A stretch of DNA of 64,000 bases from Verrucomicrobiaceae bacterium (GCA_051252135.1 JBPOGH010000002.1:322153-386152), one strand, 5' to 3'; positions 19,527-29,773 are shown, counted from the first letter of the stretch. A program made the numbers and translations. The notes: a model not told the origin generated them from the sequence alone.

Positions 19527-20786
19527 TTACTTCCTGCGTTTGTTGCGGCCTTGGGGAGGTTTTTTTCCTCCTTGGTTGGGCTTGTTACCTCCTTGTTTGC
19601 GCGGGGGACCGTTGCGTGGGCCGTTGCGGCGGGATTCGTCACGAACGGGTGCAGGGACGTCGTAGTCGAAGTCCCGAGAGTGTTTGCGGGGAAGGTCGAC
19701 TCTGATGTATCGTTCGAGGTCCTGGAGAGCGCGTTGTTCGTAGGGGGTGACGAAGGTGATGGCGTCGCCCTCGGCCTTGGCGCGGCCGGTGCGGCCGATG
19801 CGGTGGATGTAGTCTTCGTTTTGAAGGGGGAAGTCGTAGTTGATGACGTGGGTGACGCCGGAGACGTCGATTCCACGGGCGGCGACATCGGTAGCGACGA
19901 GGACGCGGAGTTTGCCGAGCTTGAATTTGTCGAGTGCGCGCTGGCGTTGGTTCTGGGTGCGGTCGCCGTGGATGGCTTCGGCGGGGACGCCGGATTGGGT
20001 GAGGCTTTTGGCGAGACGTCCGGTGGCGTGCTTCATTTTACAGAAGACGAGGACGGTGAAGAGCTCGGGGCTTTCGAGGAGATGGAGGAGGAGGGGGAAT
20101 TTGAGATGGCCAGGGACCTCGTAAACGCATTGGTTGACGGTCTTGGCGGGGTTGGTGCGTTCTCCGATTTCGACGAAGGCGGGCTTTTGCTGGAACTCGC
20201 GGGCGAGGGTTTCGATTTGATTGGAAAAGGTTGCTGAGAAGAGGAGGGTTTGGCGGTCGTTGGGGACTTTGCGGGCGAGCTTGCGCATGGCGGGGAGGAA
20301 TCCCATGTCGAGCATGCGGTCGGCTTCATCGAGGACGAGCATTTCGAGGCCGCGGAAGTCGATGTGGCCCTGGTCCATGAGGTCGATGAGACGGCCGGGG
20401 GTGGCGATGACGATCTCTGCCCCTTTTTGAAGTGCTTCGATCTGGGGTTGCTCTCCGACGCCCCCGTAGATGGCGGTGACTTTTACGCTGATGTGGCGTG
20501 AGTAGTCGTTAATGTTATCCCGAATCTGCGCGACGAGTTCGCGGGTGGGAGCGATGATGAGGGCGCGGATGCCGGGGGCTTTCGGTTTGATGGCTCCAAG
20601 GATAGAGAGAAGGGGAAGGGTGAAGGCGGCGGTTTTTCCGGTGCCGGTCTGGGCGATGCCGATGACGTCCCGGCGTTTGAGGATGAGGGGGATGGCCTTG
20701 GCCTGGATGGGGGTGGGCTCCGTGTAGCCGGTCTCTTCGACTGCGGAGAGAATGGGCTGGGGGAGATTGAGGTCGGAAAAGGTCAT
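19527..20786 (-). CDS. DEAD-box RNA helicase (RhlE-like)
   Basis: PTPIQ, AQTGTGKT, PTREL, DEAD, SAT, HRIGRTGR, basic tail. Confidence 0.95.
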   Translation of the reverse strand: MTFSDLNLPQPILSAVEETGYTEPTPIQAKAIPLILKRRDVIGIAQTGTGKTAAFTLPLLSILGAIKPKAPGIRALIIAPTRELVAQIRDNINDYSRHISVKVTAIYGGVGEQPQIEALQKGAEIVIATPGRLIDLMDQGHIDFRGLEMLVLDEADRMLDMGFLPAMRKLARKVPNDRQTLLFSATFSNQIETLAREFQQKPAFVEIGERTNPAKTVNQCVYEVPGHLKFPLLLHLLESPELFTVLVFCKMKHATGRLAKSLTQSGVPAEAIHGDRTQNQRQRALDKFKLGKLRVLVATDVAARGIDVSGVTHVINYDFPLQNEDYIHRIGRTGRAKAEGDAITFVTPYEQRALQDLERYIRVDLPRKHSRDFDYDVPAPVRDESRRNGPRNGPPRKQGGNKPNQGGKKPPQGRNKRRK

Positions 20787-20930
20787 CGCAAGGAAAGGAT
20801 GAAGCATGATTGCCGGAAAAAGAACAGCGATTAACGGGAATGGAGGGCTTTGCGATCCTTGCTTCTTGTTATCTGGGACAAAGCTGATTACCTGCCCGGT
20901 TGACTTGAATTGGTCACTACCCCCTTGCCT

Positions 20931-23900
20931 ATGAAGCTCTTTGGAATTCTTTCCGTTTCGATCTCTCTCTTGCCTTCGTTTTTATCCGCCGAGCAGGTGG
21001 TGTTTAGCGAGGTGATGTATCATCCGCCTGTCGGGGGATACGAGTTTGTGGAGGTGCGGAATTTGACGGCGACTCCTTTTGACATTGCGGAGTGGGAGTT
21101 GAGTGGGGGAGCGGATTATGTCTTTCCGGTTTTTGGGACGGGAGCGGCGAGTGATAGTTTTTTAAAGGCCTTTGAGTATGTCGTCATTTGCGAGACGGAT
21201 CCGGCGACCTTCCGGGCGGCTTACGGGTTGCCGAATGCGGTTCGGGTTTTTGGGCCGTGGACGGGAAGCCTGGCGAATGGTGGGGAACGGATCAGCTTGA
21301 AGGATATGAATGGGGTGATCCGGTGTTCGATGCGTTACGATGACCGGCATCCCTGGCCGGTATCGGCGGATGGAGCGGGGCATAGTTTGGTGCTGGCGGA
21401 CACGAGTCGGGCGATTGACGATTATCGGGTTTGGCGTGCGAGTGCCAGTGCGACGCCGACTCCGGGGTCATCCGAACCGGAAGCGGCCGAGGAGGCTTTT
21501 CCCAATCCGGAGGTGAATCTTAGCAGTGGTATTCCTTTTGTGGAGTATGGCGACAAGTGGAGTTTCAATGACCAGAATCTTGATCTGGGGACGACGTGGA
21601 AGGATGCGGCGTATGCCTTTACCCACGCGGGGTGGACGATGGAAAATGATGCGGGGAACAATGGCGGGTTGTATGGCTTTGAGAGTTCGGCGCTCCCTGC
21701 GCCGGGGATTCAGACGGGATTGTTGAACAGTGATACCAACGCGAATCATATCACTTATTATTTCCGCAAGGAATTCACCTACACGGGAGCGACGAGCGGA
21801 GCGGCGGTGACGGTGGACATGATCAACGACGACAGTGCGTATTTTTATCTCAACGGGACGCCGATCGGGGGTTTGGGGACGACGGCGAATGCGGGTTGGA
21901 AAGCTACGGCGGGACGGACGGTGACGAATGCGGTGGAGGAGTTGGGGGTTGCGAGTAATAACGGGTCGGCGCTGGTGGTGGGCACGAACGTGATCGCGGC
22001 GGAGGTGCATCAGGTTAATGATTCGAGTTCCGATTGTGTTTTTGGGGCGCGGCTGAGCATTGCGGCTCCCTCGGCGCCGAGTGTGGTGATCAATGAGGTG
22101 CTTCCGGCGGTGGCGGGTTTTGTGGAGTTTTATAATCCTACGGGAGCGACGATTGATCTTGGGGGTTGGTATTTGAGTGATGATCCGGGAAATCTGACGA
22201 AGTATCAGATTCCGGGGAATCTTTTGGTGACGGCGTCAGGGCTGGCCTCGGTGGGGTATACGGAGTCGTCGTTATCGATTTCCGCGAATACGGCGGTTTA
22301 TTTGACGCAGTCCAACGGGACGTCGGTATCGAATGCGATCAGTGCCGCGATGCCTTTGGATGGGCGGTCGTTGGGTCGAAAGGCGGATGGGACGAACTCG
22401 TGGTATTTGTTTACCCAGCCGACGCGGGACGCTTCGAACTCGAGTGCGTCGTCCGATTTTTCACTGAAGCTTAATGAGGTGCACTTTGATGGGGCGGGGA
22501 ATGTCGATTGGGTGGAGTTGTTCAATCCGGGGACGGCTTCGGTAAGCACGAGCGGGCTCTTTCTGGCTTCGCTGGAGGACTTTTCCGACAAGGTGGCGTT
22601 GGGAGCTTCGATTGGGGCGAAGGGGTATTTTTCGCAGACGGCGTCCTTTGCGGTGGTGGGCGGGAGTGTGACTCTTTACCTGGTTGATTCATCGAACAAT
22701 GTTCTCGATGCGGCGTTTATTGAGCGGGTGGATCCACGGGCCTATTCGGCGGCGTATCCCGATGGGTCGGGAGATTTTTATGCGTCGATTGGTGGGACGC
22801 AAAACGCGACCAACAATCCGACTCGCGAGACCCACATTGTGATCAACGAGTTGATGGTGGATCCGCCGAGCGGTCATCGTGACGGGGAGTTTATCGAGTT
22901 GTTTAACAAGGGACCCGGTGCGGTGGATCTATCGGGTTGGGAATTTGATCAGGGGGTGAACTTTGTTTTTCCGACGGGGACGGTGATTCCCTCCGGGGGG
23001 TATGTGGTGATTGCCGCGAATGCGGGGATGACGTCGGCGGCCCATTCCGGGGTCACGGTAGTGGGTGAGTACAGCGGGGAGTTGTCGAATGGTGGTGAGT
23101 TGTTGCGACTGGTTGATGCGTGGGGGAATGTTGCGGACCAGCTGCACTACCATACCGGTGGTTCCTGGCCTCTTTTAGCGGGTGGTTTGGGGAGCAGTCT
23201 GGAGCTGCGTCATCCGGAGATGGATAACTCGGTGGGGACCTCGTGGAGGGATTCCGATGAGTCGGACAAATCGACATTTCAGAGTTACTCGCTGACGGAA
23301 AACTACGAGCAATTGACGACGCGCGGGGGAGTGAGCGATTACAAGGAGCTTCACATCCAGTGCGTGGGTGACAGCCATCTGGCATTTAAGAATATGTCGC
23401 TGATACGCAATGGGAGCGGGTCGAATATTCTGCCCGGCAGTGGAGGGACGGTGGTGACGAACGGGAGTGCGGCGACGGGGTGGCTGTGTCAGGGGACGCA
23501 TTATGCGAGCAAGATTGAGAATGGTGAGTTCCATGTGATTTCGGATGGTCACGGCGATGTGAAGGCGAACCGGTGCGAGATCGATGTGACGCAGATCAAT
23601 GACGACGACTCGCTGACTTTGACATTTGATGCGCGGTGGATTTCGGGGAAGCCGACGGTGTTGATTGAGACGTGGGATCGTTCCTTTGGAGGAATCTTTT
23701 ACCTGCCGGTCCCTGATGATCTGGGGACGCCGGGGGCGGTGAACTCGACGGCTTTATCCGGTGCGGCTCCGGCGGTGTCGGGATTGATTCATCGTCCGGC
23801 GGTTCCGACCTCTTCGGATCCGGTGGTGGTGACGGCGAAGGTGAGTGGGGCGTCGTCGGTGAATCTGCGGCATCGCCTGGATTCGACATCGGGGGCCGGG

Positions 23901-26900
23901 GCCTACGGGACGACAACGATGTTTGATGATGGGACGAGCGGGGGCGATGAGTTGGCGAACGATGGAATTTTCACGGCAACGCTGACGCAGTATCAGTCGG
24001 ACAATACGATTGTGCAGTTCTACGTGGAGGCGTCATCGGCAGGGGCGACGACGGTGCAACCGGCGATGGCTCCCGAGAAGCCGGCGATGTGGGTGGTGGA
24101 TAATACGAATCATCCGAATGATCTGCGGACCCAGCGCTTTGTGGTCTCGGCTCAGGATGTGAGTGCGTCGGGCCAGACGGGGGATTCGGGGACGTTCAAT
24201 TACGCCTTTCCCCGGCTTTCGAATCATTATTTCAATGCGACTTTTATCGGGGATGAGAAAGAGATCATCTACAACTGTGAGTTCCGGAAGAGCGGGAGTC
24301 CCTGGACACGACCGAATGGGAGCGACTTTGGGCGGGCGAAGTGGAAGACGCCGGGTGATTACCGGTTCCGGGGTTACTCCAAGCGGGCGATTGATAACGA
24401 TGCGGGCGGGGGTAGGTCCTACCACAACCGGATTGTGCGTTACTGGCTGTATCTTTTTGGTCATGCCGCCAATGAGAACGAATTTGTGCGGGTTATCATC
24501 AATGGAGGGAGCTCGGCGCTGCGGGAAGATGTGGAGCCCAATGCGACTGACTTTTTGAAGCGGAATTGGGAAGATGGGCAAAAGGGCGAGCTTTACCGGA
24601 TCGATGACGAGTGGTGGTTCGATGATGGATGGGGGCGTCAGAATCGAAATGCCGACTGGGGATACAAGGGGACCTATGAGCCGGAGCGTTACAGCTCCGA
24701 GTGGATCAAGAGATCGCGCGAGGCGGAGTATGATTATTCGTCATTTATCAACTGGACGGAAAAGGTGGGCGGGAATTCGTTTACGCGTGATGAGATCGAG
24801 CGGATGGCCGATATTGACATGATGGCGGCGAATGCGGCGGTGCGCGGGTGGGTAGATGATTGGGATACGCTTACGCGGAACCGGGGGAAGAACGGTTATT
24901 TTTTACGTCGTGCCACGGATGGGAAGTGGATGCTGATCCAGTGGGATTCGGACAACACGTTTGGAAATTCGAACGCGGCGTTCATTGGGGGGCTGGCGGG
25001 AGTGCAGAACTTTTTCGGGAAGCCCTATGTCCAGCAGCGGTTCAACTACTACCTCGGGCGGATGGTTGATGATTATACGGCGGGCTCCTCCCGTCTGGCG
25101 GCGTGGCACCAAGTTGAAGAAGACGCATCGACCTCCTATGGGGCGAATACGGGGACTTATACGAGCTGGAATACTAATCGGGTTCCGCGGGCGAATACCG
25201 AGATTGGCTCTGCATTGACGGCGAACTTTAATGTGACGACCGGCACCGGCACTTCGGCGAGCACCTCGGCGGAGACGTTTTCGCTGAGTGGGACGAGTTC
25301 CTACGAGGCGTTTGAGATTCGGGCGGTGGGGCATCCGGAAGCGGTGTGGGAGTTTGGTTCGGAGACGGGCTGGACCCTTTCGAATATTCAGCTTCGCGAG
25401 GGTGCGAATGCGGTGGTGGTGCAGGCGGTGAACAGCTCGGGTGAGGTGGTGGGGAGTGAGACCTTCACGATTAACAAGTCCGGGAATGCGTTTCCGGTGG
25501 TGGAGATGGACGGGAGTCCGGGGTCGTTCAATGCGTCGGTGAATGATTCTTTTGGGATTGATGCTTCGGCGAGTTATGACCCGGAGGGAACAGGTCTGAC
25601 CTTTGGATGGTCGGTGAGTCCTTCGGCGGCGATCACGGTCATCAATCCGGGAGTGGCGGAGTTCGGCTTTTCGGCGCCCGGTCTGTATGCGATTACCCTG
25701 ACGGTGACTGATGGCGACAGTCAGCAGACGGCGGTGACGCGGGAGGTGGCGGTGTATGCCGAGTCGGGTTGGACTTCGTTCGGGAGCCCTGTTCTTTCCA
25801 GTCATTGGACGGCGGAGAATGTCGAGGTGCGTGACGGATTTTCGCCGTCGGCTTCCTACAGTCTGGATGATGTGCCGAGCAGTCTCATTCTGAAGCTGGA
25901 GGCGGATGCGGCGAAGCCCCTGACGATGAGCTCTCCGAATATGCCATGGATTTACCGTGATCTTCCGGTGAGCGAGGATTTTTCGCTCCACACCGATGTG
26001 GCGTTGGATTCGGTTCAGCAGGGGAATTTCATGACCGGACTTTTGGTCGAAGTGGAAGAGGGTGGCTCGCCGGTGCGCTATGCCTTCGGGATGGAGGATG
26101 GAGATTTTCTGCGGGTGCGGCGTGCGACCGGGAGTGGCTACACGCAGCTGGCTTCGTTGAGTTGGACCGAAGGAGACGCGGTGATCAGGGTGCGGCGCTC
26201 GGGAAGTCAGCTCTACTTTGACTACCGGAATGAACCGGGTGTTTGGACGAATTTGCTGACGCGATTTGTTCCGGCAAATACGGAAGCGGTTCAAGGAGGG
26301 ATTTTTGCGGCGACTGATTCGGCGAGTTCGCTCCGACTGGAGTTTGACTACGTGCTCCTGGTTGATCCCTCGGCCACCAGTGAAACGCTGGCCCATTTTC
26401 GTCTGACTGAAATGATGTACAATCCGGTGGGTGGTGGTCAGCTGGAGTTTCTTGAGTTTATGAATACGGGGGTGGATCCGTTGTTGATCCAGTCGGTGAG
26501 TCTGGACGATACGAATCCCTTTGCTCCGTTTACCTTTGAGAATGTCACCCTTGCTCCGGGAGAGCGGGGGGTGATTGTGTCAGATACGACGTCATTTCAG
26601 GCGGAGTATGGGATGGGGCCGCGGGTGCTTGCGCAGTGGAGTTCGGGCGCGCTTTCGAATGGTGGTGAGCAGGTGGTGGTTCGGGATCCGTTGGGGAACA
26701 TCATTCATCAATTTACCTATGACAACAATGCGCCCTGGCCGGTGGCGGCAGACGGGGGAGGGTCGTCGCTTGAAGTGATTGATACCGAAGGGGATTACAA
26801 TGATCCGGCGAACTGGCGGGCGTCATCGGTGCCCGGGGGGACTCCGGGAGAAGCTCCGCCGGTGGACTTTGACAATGACGGGCTTTCGGATGCCGAGGAG

Positions 26901-27221
26901 ACGTCCCTTGGGACGAATCCGGCGTTGGCTGACACCGATGGTGATGGGGCGGGGGATGGTGCGGAAGTGGTGGCGGGGACCGATCCGCTGGATTCGGGTT
27001 CCTTTTTCCACATTGTGTCGATTGGTCCGGGAGCGGGATTGAACGAAGTGACGGTGAGCTGGAATTCGGTTCCCGGAAAGACCTACACCCTGCAGACCAA
27101 CCTTCCGATCTCGGGTTCCTGGGCGGATGTGGGAACGGTGGTGGCGACAGGGACGCTAACTTCTGCGACCCATGTGAGCATCAACATGCAACGATTCTAT
27201 CGCGTCAAGGTGGTTGAATAG
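20931..27221 (+). CDS. Giant exported lamin-tail-domain / CotH kinase / PKD / TSP3-repeat protein
   Basis: Signal peptide; repeated INE/FVELYN..IDL.GW lamin-tail motifs; CotH-like DWD...KNGYF...WDSDNTFG; PKD DASASYDPEG; DTDGDG repeats; terminal RFYRVKV module. Confidence 0.85.
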   Translation: MKLFGILSVSISLLPSFLSAEQVVFSEVMYHPPVGGYEFVEVRNLTATPFDIAEWELSGGADYVFPVFGTGAASDSFLKAFEYVVICETDPATFRAAYGLPNAVRVFGPWTGSLANGGERISLKDMNGVIRCSMRYDDRHPWPVSADGAGHSLVLADTSRAIDDYRVWRASASATPTPGSSEPEAAEEAFPNPEVNLSSGIPFVEYGDKWSFNDQNLDLGTTWKDAAYAFTHAGWTMENDAGNNGGLYGFESSALPAPGIQTGLLNSDTNANHITYYFRKEFTYTGATSGAAVTVDMINDDSAYFYLNGTPIGGLGTTANAGWKATAGRTVTNAVEELGVASNNGSALVVGTNVIAAEVHQVNDSSSDCVFGARLSIAAPSAPSVVINEVLPAVAGFVEFYNPTGATIDLGGWYLSDDPGNLTKYQIPGNLLVTASGLASVGYTESSLSISANTAVYLTQSNGTSVSNAISAAMPLDGRSLGRKADGTNSWYLFTQPTRDASNSSASSDFSLKLNEVHFDGAGNVDWVELFNPGTASVSTSGLFLASLEDFSDKVALGASIGAKGYFSQTASFAVVGGSVTLYLVDSSNNVLDAAFIERVDPRAYSAAYPDGSGDFYASIGGTQNATNNPTRETHIVINELMVDPPSGHRDGEFIELFNKGPGAVDLSGWEFDQGVNFVFPTGTVIPSGGYVVIAANAGMTSAAHSGVTVVGEYSGELSNGGELLRLVDAWGNVADQLHYHTGGSWPLLAGGLGSSLELRHPEMDNSVGTSWRDSDESDKSTFQSYSLTENYEQLTTRGGVSDYKELHIQCVGDSHLAFKNMSLIRNGSGSNILPGSGGTVVTNGSAATGWLCQGTHYASKIENGEFHVISDGHGDVKANRCEIDVTQINDDDSLTLTFDARWISGKPTVLIETWDRSFGGIFYLPVPDDLGTPGAVNSTALSGAAPAVSGLIHRPAVPTSSDPVVVTAKVSGASSVNLRHRLDSTSGAGAYGTTTMFDDGTSGGDELANDGIFTATLTQYQSDNTIVQFYVEASSAGATTVQPAMAPEKPAMWVVDNTNHPNDLRTQRFVVSAQDVSASGQTGDSGTFNYAFPRLSNHYFNATFIGDEKEIIYNCEFRKSGSPWTRPNGSDFGRAKWKTPGDYRFRGYSKRAIDNDAGGGRSYHNRIVRYWLYLFGHAANENEFVRVIINGGSSALREDVEPNATDFLKRNWEDGQKGELYRIDDEWWFDDGWGRQNRNADWGYKGTYEPERYSSEWIKRSREAEYDYSSFINWTEKVGGNSFTRDEIERMADIDMMAANAAVRGWVDDWDTLTRNRGKNGYFLRRATDGKWMLIQWDSDNTFGNSNAAFIGGLAGVQNFFGKPYVQQRFNYYLGRMVDDYTAGSSRLAAWHQVEEDASTSYGANTGTYTSWNTNRVPRANTEIGSALTANFNVTTGTGTSASTSAETFSLSGTSSYEAFEIRAVGHPEAVWEFGSETGWTLSNIQLREGANAVVVQAVNSSGEVVGSETFTINKSGNAFPVVEMDGSPGSFNASVNDSFGIDASASYDPEGTGLTFGWSVSPSAAITVINPGVAEFGFSAPGLYAITLTVTDGDSQQTAVTREVAVYAESGWTSFGSPVLSSHWTAENVEVRDGFSPSASYSLDDVPSSLILKLEADAAKPLTMSSPNMPWIYRDLPVSEDFSLHTDVALDSVQQGNFMTGLLVEVEEGGSPVRYAFGMEDGDFLRVRRATGSGYTQLASLSWTEGDAVIRVRRSGSQLYFDYRNEPGVWTNLLTRFVPANTEAVQGGIFAATDSASSLRLEFDYVLLVDPSATSETLAHFRLTEMMYNPVGGGQLEFLEFMNTGVDPLLIQSVSLDDTNPFAPFTFENVTLAPGERGVIVSDTTSFQAEYGMGPRVLAQWSSGALSNGGEQVVVRDPLGNIIHQFTYDNNAPWPVAADGGGSSLEVIDTEGDYNDPANWRASSVPGGTPGEAPPVDFDNDGLSDAEETSLGTNPALADTDGDGAGDGAEVVAGTDPLDSGSFFHIVSIGPGAGLNEVTVSWNSVPGKTYTLQTNLPISGSWADVGTVVATGTLTSATHVSINMQRFYRVKVVE

Positions 27222-27284
27222 TGAGTGTATCGGGTGTTAAGTCATCAGAAGAGGGCAGGCTTGATCTGCCCCCGACTCCATCAA

Positions 27285-29510
27285 ATGTTAAGAAGGTTTG
27301 CGCAGATTGCCGTGGTCATCCTTGGGATGACTCCGCTGGCGTCTGCCCAAGTGATTCGTGCGACGGAGTCCGGAAAAAACTGTGTGGCCTTTCCCACGCA
27401 GCCGGGGACGTATGCGGTGCTTTACCGGTCGTCTGATATGGTGAAGTGGTGGCCGGTGGGGATGACGCGAAGTTCGCCTTTTGGAGATGTGCGGGTGGTC
27501 AAGGATACGGTGCAACCGGCGAAGAAGGCGTTTTATGAAGTGCGGTTTGCGCCATTGCACCTGCCCTTTGATACGGATGGGGATGGGGCTGATGATTTTA
27601 CGGAATTGCGCTCAGGGGCGTGGTTGAATCCGGCGCTACCGGTGGCGGCGGAAAGCGGGGGGCACACGCTTGCGAGTCAGGAAGTCTATGACCGGATGGC
27701 AAAGCGGGATAATTTTCCCGGGGCGCAAAATGTGCGGGAGGTGAAGTTTCTCATCACCGATGTGCGGACGAATCCGAGGTTGTATTTTCTGAACGTTAAC
27801 CAGCACCAGTTTCACTATGACTTTGCCCGCAACGCGATCGGGCTTCATGCGAATCTCAACTACTGGACCGGGTTGAGTGTGTTCAATGCCCAGACCTATT
27901 TCACATCGGCCCGAAGTAATTTGGCGGGGTCGTTGGTGTATCACGAAAACTACATTGGGCCGGATGGGAAGCGGGGAATTTTCACATTGGAGTTTTGGCC
28001 GACCGATCCGGTGGAGTTCAAGTATATCGAAGTGGCTTATGAGATGGTGGCGGCGAATGCGCCCTTTATCGATCGGCTGGTTTATCATGCGCCGAGCGAG
28101 ACCCAGCGGCAGGTGCAGATTGATCAAGCGGCGGAGTTTGCGAACTCGGCAGTGAGGTCGATCGATACGGACGATTTGTTTTCGAGCACGGATTACACGC
28201 CGATGAACCAGCAATCGGCTTATGGGAAACTGACGCTGGCTGACGGGGTGGACACGCTCTCGGCCCGGGACATTGTGATCTTTCGGAATTTGCCGAACGA
28301 CCTGACGAAGGTGGCGGGGATTATTACGGAGGTGCCACAGACTCCGTTATCGCACGTGAACCTGAAGGCGCGGCAGAACAACACGCCGAATGCCTACATT
28401 GCGAATGCGGGAACGCATCCCGACATTGCGCCGTTTTTGGGGGAGAATGTCTTTTATGAAGTGAGGCCGGACGGGTTTGAGATTCGGTTGGCGACGCAGG
28501 ATGAGGTGGATGAATTTTTTGAATCGATTCGTCCGACGGAGCCGAGTTTTCCGAGGCGCAATCTGGCGATTCAAGATATCCGTCCGTTGGGCGGGATTCG
28601 ATTTGCGCAGACGGATGCCTTTGGCGGGAAGACGACCAATTTGGCGGAGTTGCAGCGGATCCTGCCACGGAACACGCCCAATGGATTTGGGGTTCCCTTT
28701 TACTATTATGACGAGTTCATGAAGCACAACGGGTTTTATGATGAAGCCCGGTTGATGATGGCTGATCCGGAGTTCCAGAGTGATCCGGCGGTGCGGAAGG
28801 ATCGTCTGAAGGCGTTCCGGACGGCGATGAAGAAGAGCAGCACGATGCCGGCGTGGATGTTCGATGATTTAACGAGGCTGCAGGGGCTTTTTCCGCCTGC
28901 GGTGACGCCGCGGTTGCGCTCAAGTGCGAATGCGGAGGACTCGGTGGAGTTTAACGGGGCGGGGCTTTACGATTCGTATACGCACAAGGAGGATGAGGGT
29001 CACATTTCGAAAAGTGTGCTGCAGGTGTGGGCGAGCCTTTGGAATTACCGGGCGTGGGAGGAGCGGGAGTTTTACCGGATTGATCATCTGGCTTCGGCGA
29101 TGGGGATCCTGGTGCATCCGAACTTTAAGAATGAGCAGGCCAATGGGGTGGCGGTGGCACGGAACATTTTTGATCCGAACTGGGAGGGTTACTACATCAA
29201 CGTGCAGATCGGGGAGGATTTGGTGACGAATCCGGATGCGGATTCGACGCCGGAGGAGATGCTGGTGGCGAGTCTGGCGACCTCGGAGTATGAGATTCAA
29301 TACATCCGTTCGTCCAATCAGCTGCCTGCGGGAGAGCGGGTGCTGACGAGGGCGCAGGTGCTGGATTTGGTGTCGAAGATGCGACTTCTCAACAGTTACT
29401 TTGATAGCCTGTATCCGGGGTTTGATCCGAACTTTGCGATGGAGATCGAGTTTAAGATTACGGCGACGGGAGACCTGGTGATCAAGCAGGCGCGGCCCTG
29501 GGTGGATTAG
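27285..29510 (+). CDS. Exported PEP-synthase/PPDK-like protein (phospho-His domain plus ATP-grasp)
   Basis: Signal peptide MLRRFAQIAVVILGMTPLASA|Q; QTPLSHVNLKAR; GGKTTNL, RSSANAED..FNGAGLYDS, VWASLW, QARP. Confidence 0.8.
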   Translation: MLRRFAQIAVVILGMTPLASAQVIRATESGKNCVAFPTQPGTYAVLYRSSDMVKWWPVGMTRSSPFGDVRVVKDTVQPAKKAFYEVRFAPLHLPFDTDGDGADDFTELRSGAWLNPALPVAAESGGHTLASQEVYDRMAKRDNFPGAQNVREVKFLITDVRTNPRLYFLNVNQHQFHYDFARNAIGLHANLNYWTGLSVFNAQTYFTSARSNLAGSLVYHENYIGPDGKRGIFTLEFWPTDPVEFKYIEVAYEMVAANAPFIDRLVYHAPSETQRQVQIDQAAEFANSAVRSIDTDDLFSSTDYTPMNQQSAYGKLTLADGVDTLSARDIVIFRNLPNDLTKVAGIITEVPQTPLSHVNLKARQNNTPNAYIANAGTHPDIAPFLGENVFYEVRPDGFEIRLATQDEVDEFFESIRPTEPSFPRRNLAIQDIRPLGGIRFAQTDAFGGKTTNLAELQRILPRNTPNGFGVPFYYYDEFMKHNGFYDEARLMMADPEFQSDPAVRKDRLKAFRTAMKKSSTMPAWMFDDLTRLQGLFPPAVTPRLRSSANAEDSVEFNGAGLYDSYTHKEDEGHISKSVLQVWASLWNYRAWEEREFYRIDHLASAMGILVHPNFKNEQANGVAVARNIFDPNWEGYYINVQIGEDLVTNPDADSTPEEMLVASLATSEYEIQYIRSSNQLPAGERVLTRAQVLDLVSKMRLLNSYFDSLYPGFDPNFAMEIEFKITATGDLVIKQARPWVD

Positions 29511-29561
29511 TGGGGGCAAGGAGTTGGGGGGCGGAAAGATGCGCCCGGGTTATACCACTCC

Positions 29562-29746
29562 GAGTTCCAAAATAGCGGAATGTTTGTTTTAAGGGCTCAT
29601 TTTTGAACAGCACTTTGTGGAGTTGATCAAGCCGAGCGCTTTCTTGAGATAGCGGCGTTTTTCCTCGGTTGTGGTCTCCAGACCACGCCCTCGTCATGCC
29701 TTGCTCTCTCAAGAAATCACTTCGGCATTCCGCTATTTTGAAACTC
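29562..29746. mobile_element. MITE-like element, 185 bp
   Basis: 21-bp TIR GAGTTCCAAAATAGCGGAATG with 20/21 match; nested internal inverted repeats. Confidence 0.7.
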
Positions 29747-29773
29747 TACTTGGTATTAGTTCGTAGTGAGGGG

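Noticed and set aside
24903..26396. Long antisense ORFs (e.g. 24903-26396, 30032-31729, 50493-52010, 10257-11660)
   Set aside because: His/Arg/Pro-rich antisense frames of well-supported genes, expected from GC-rich skewed codon usage.
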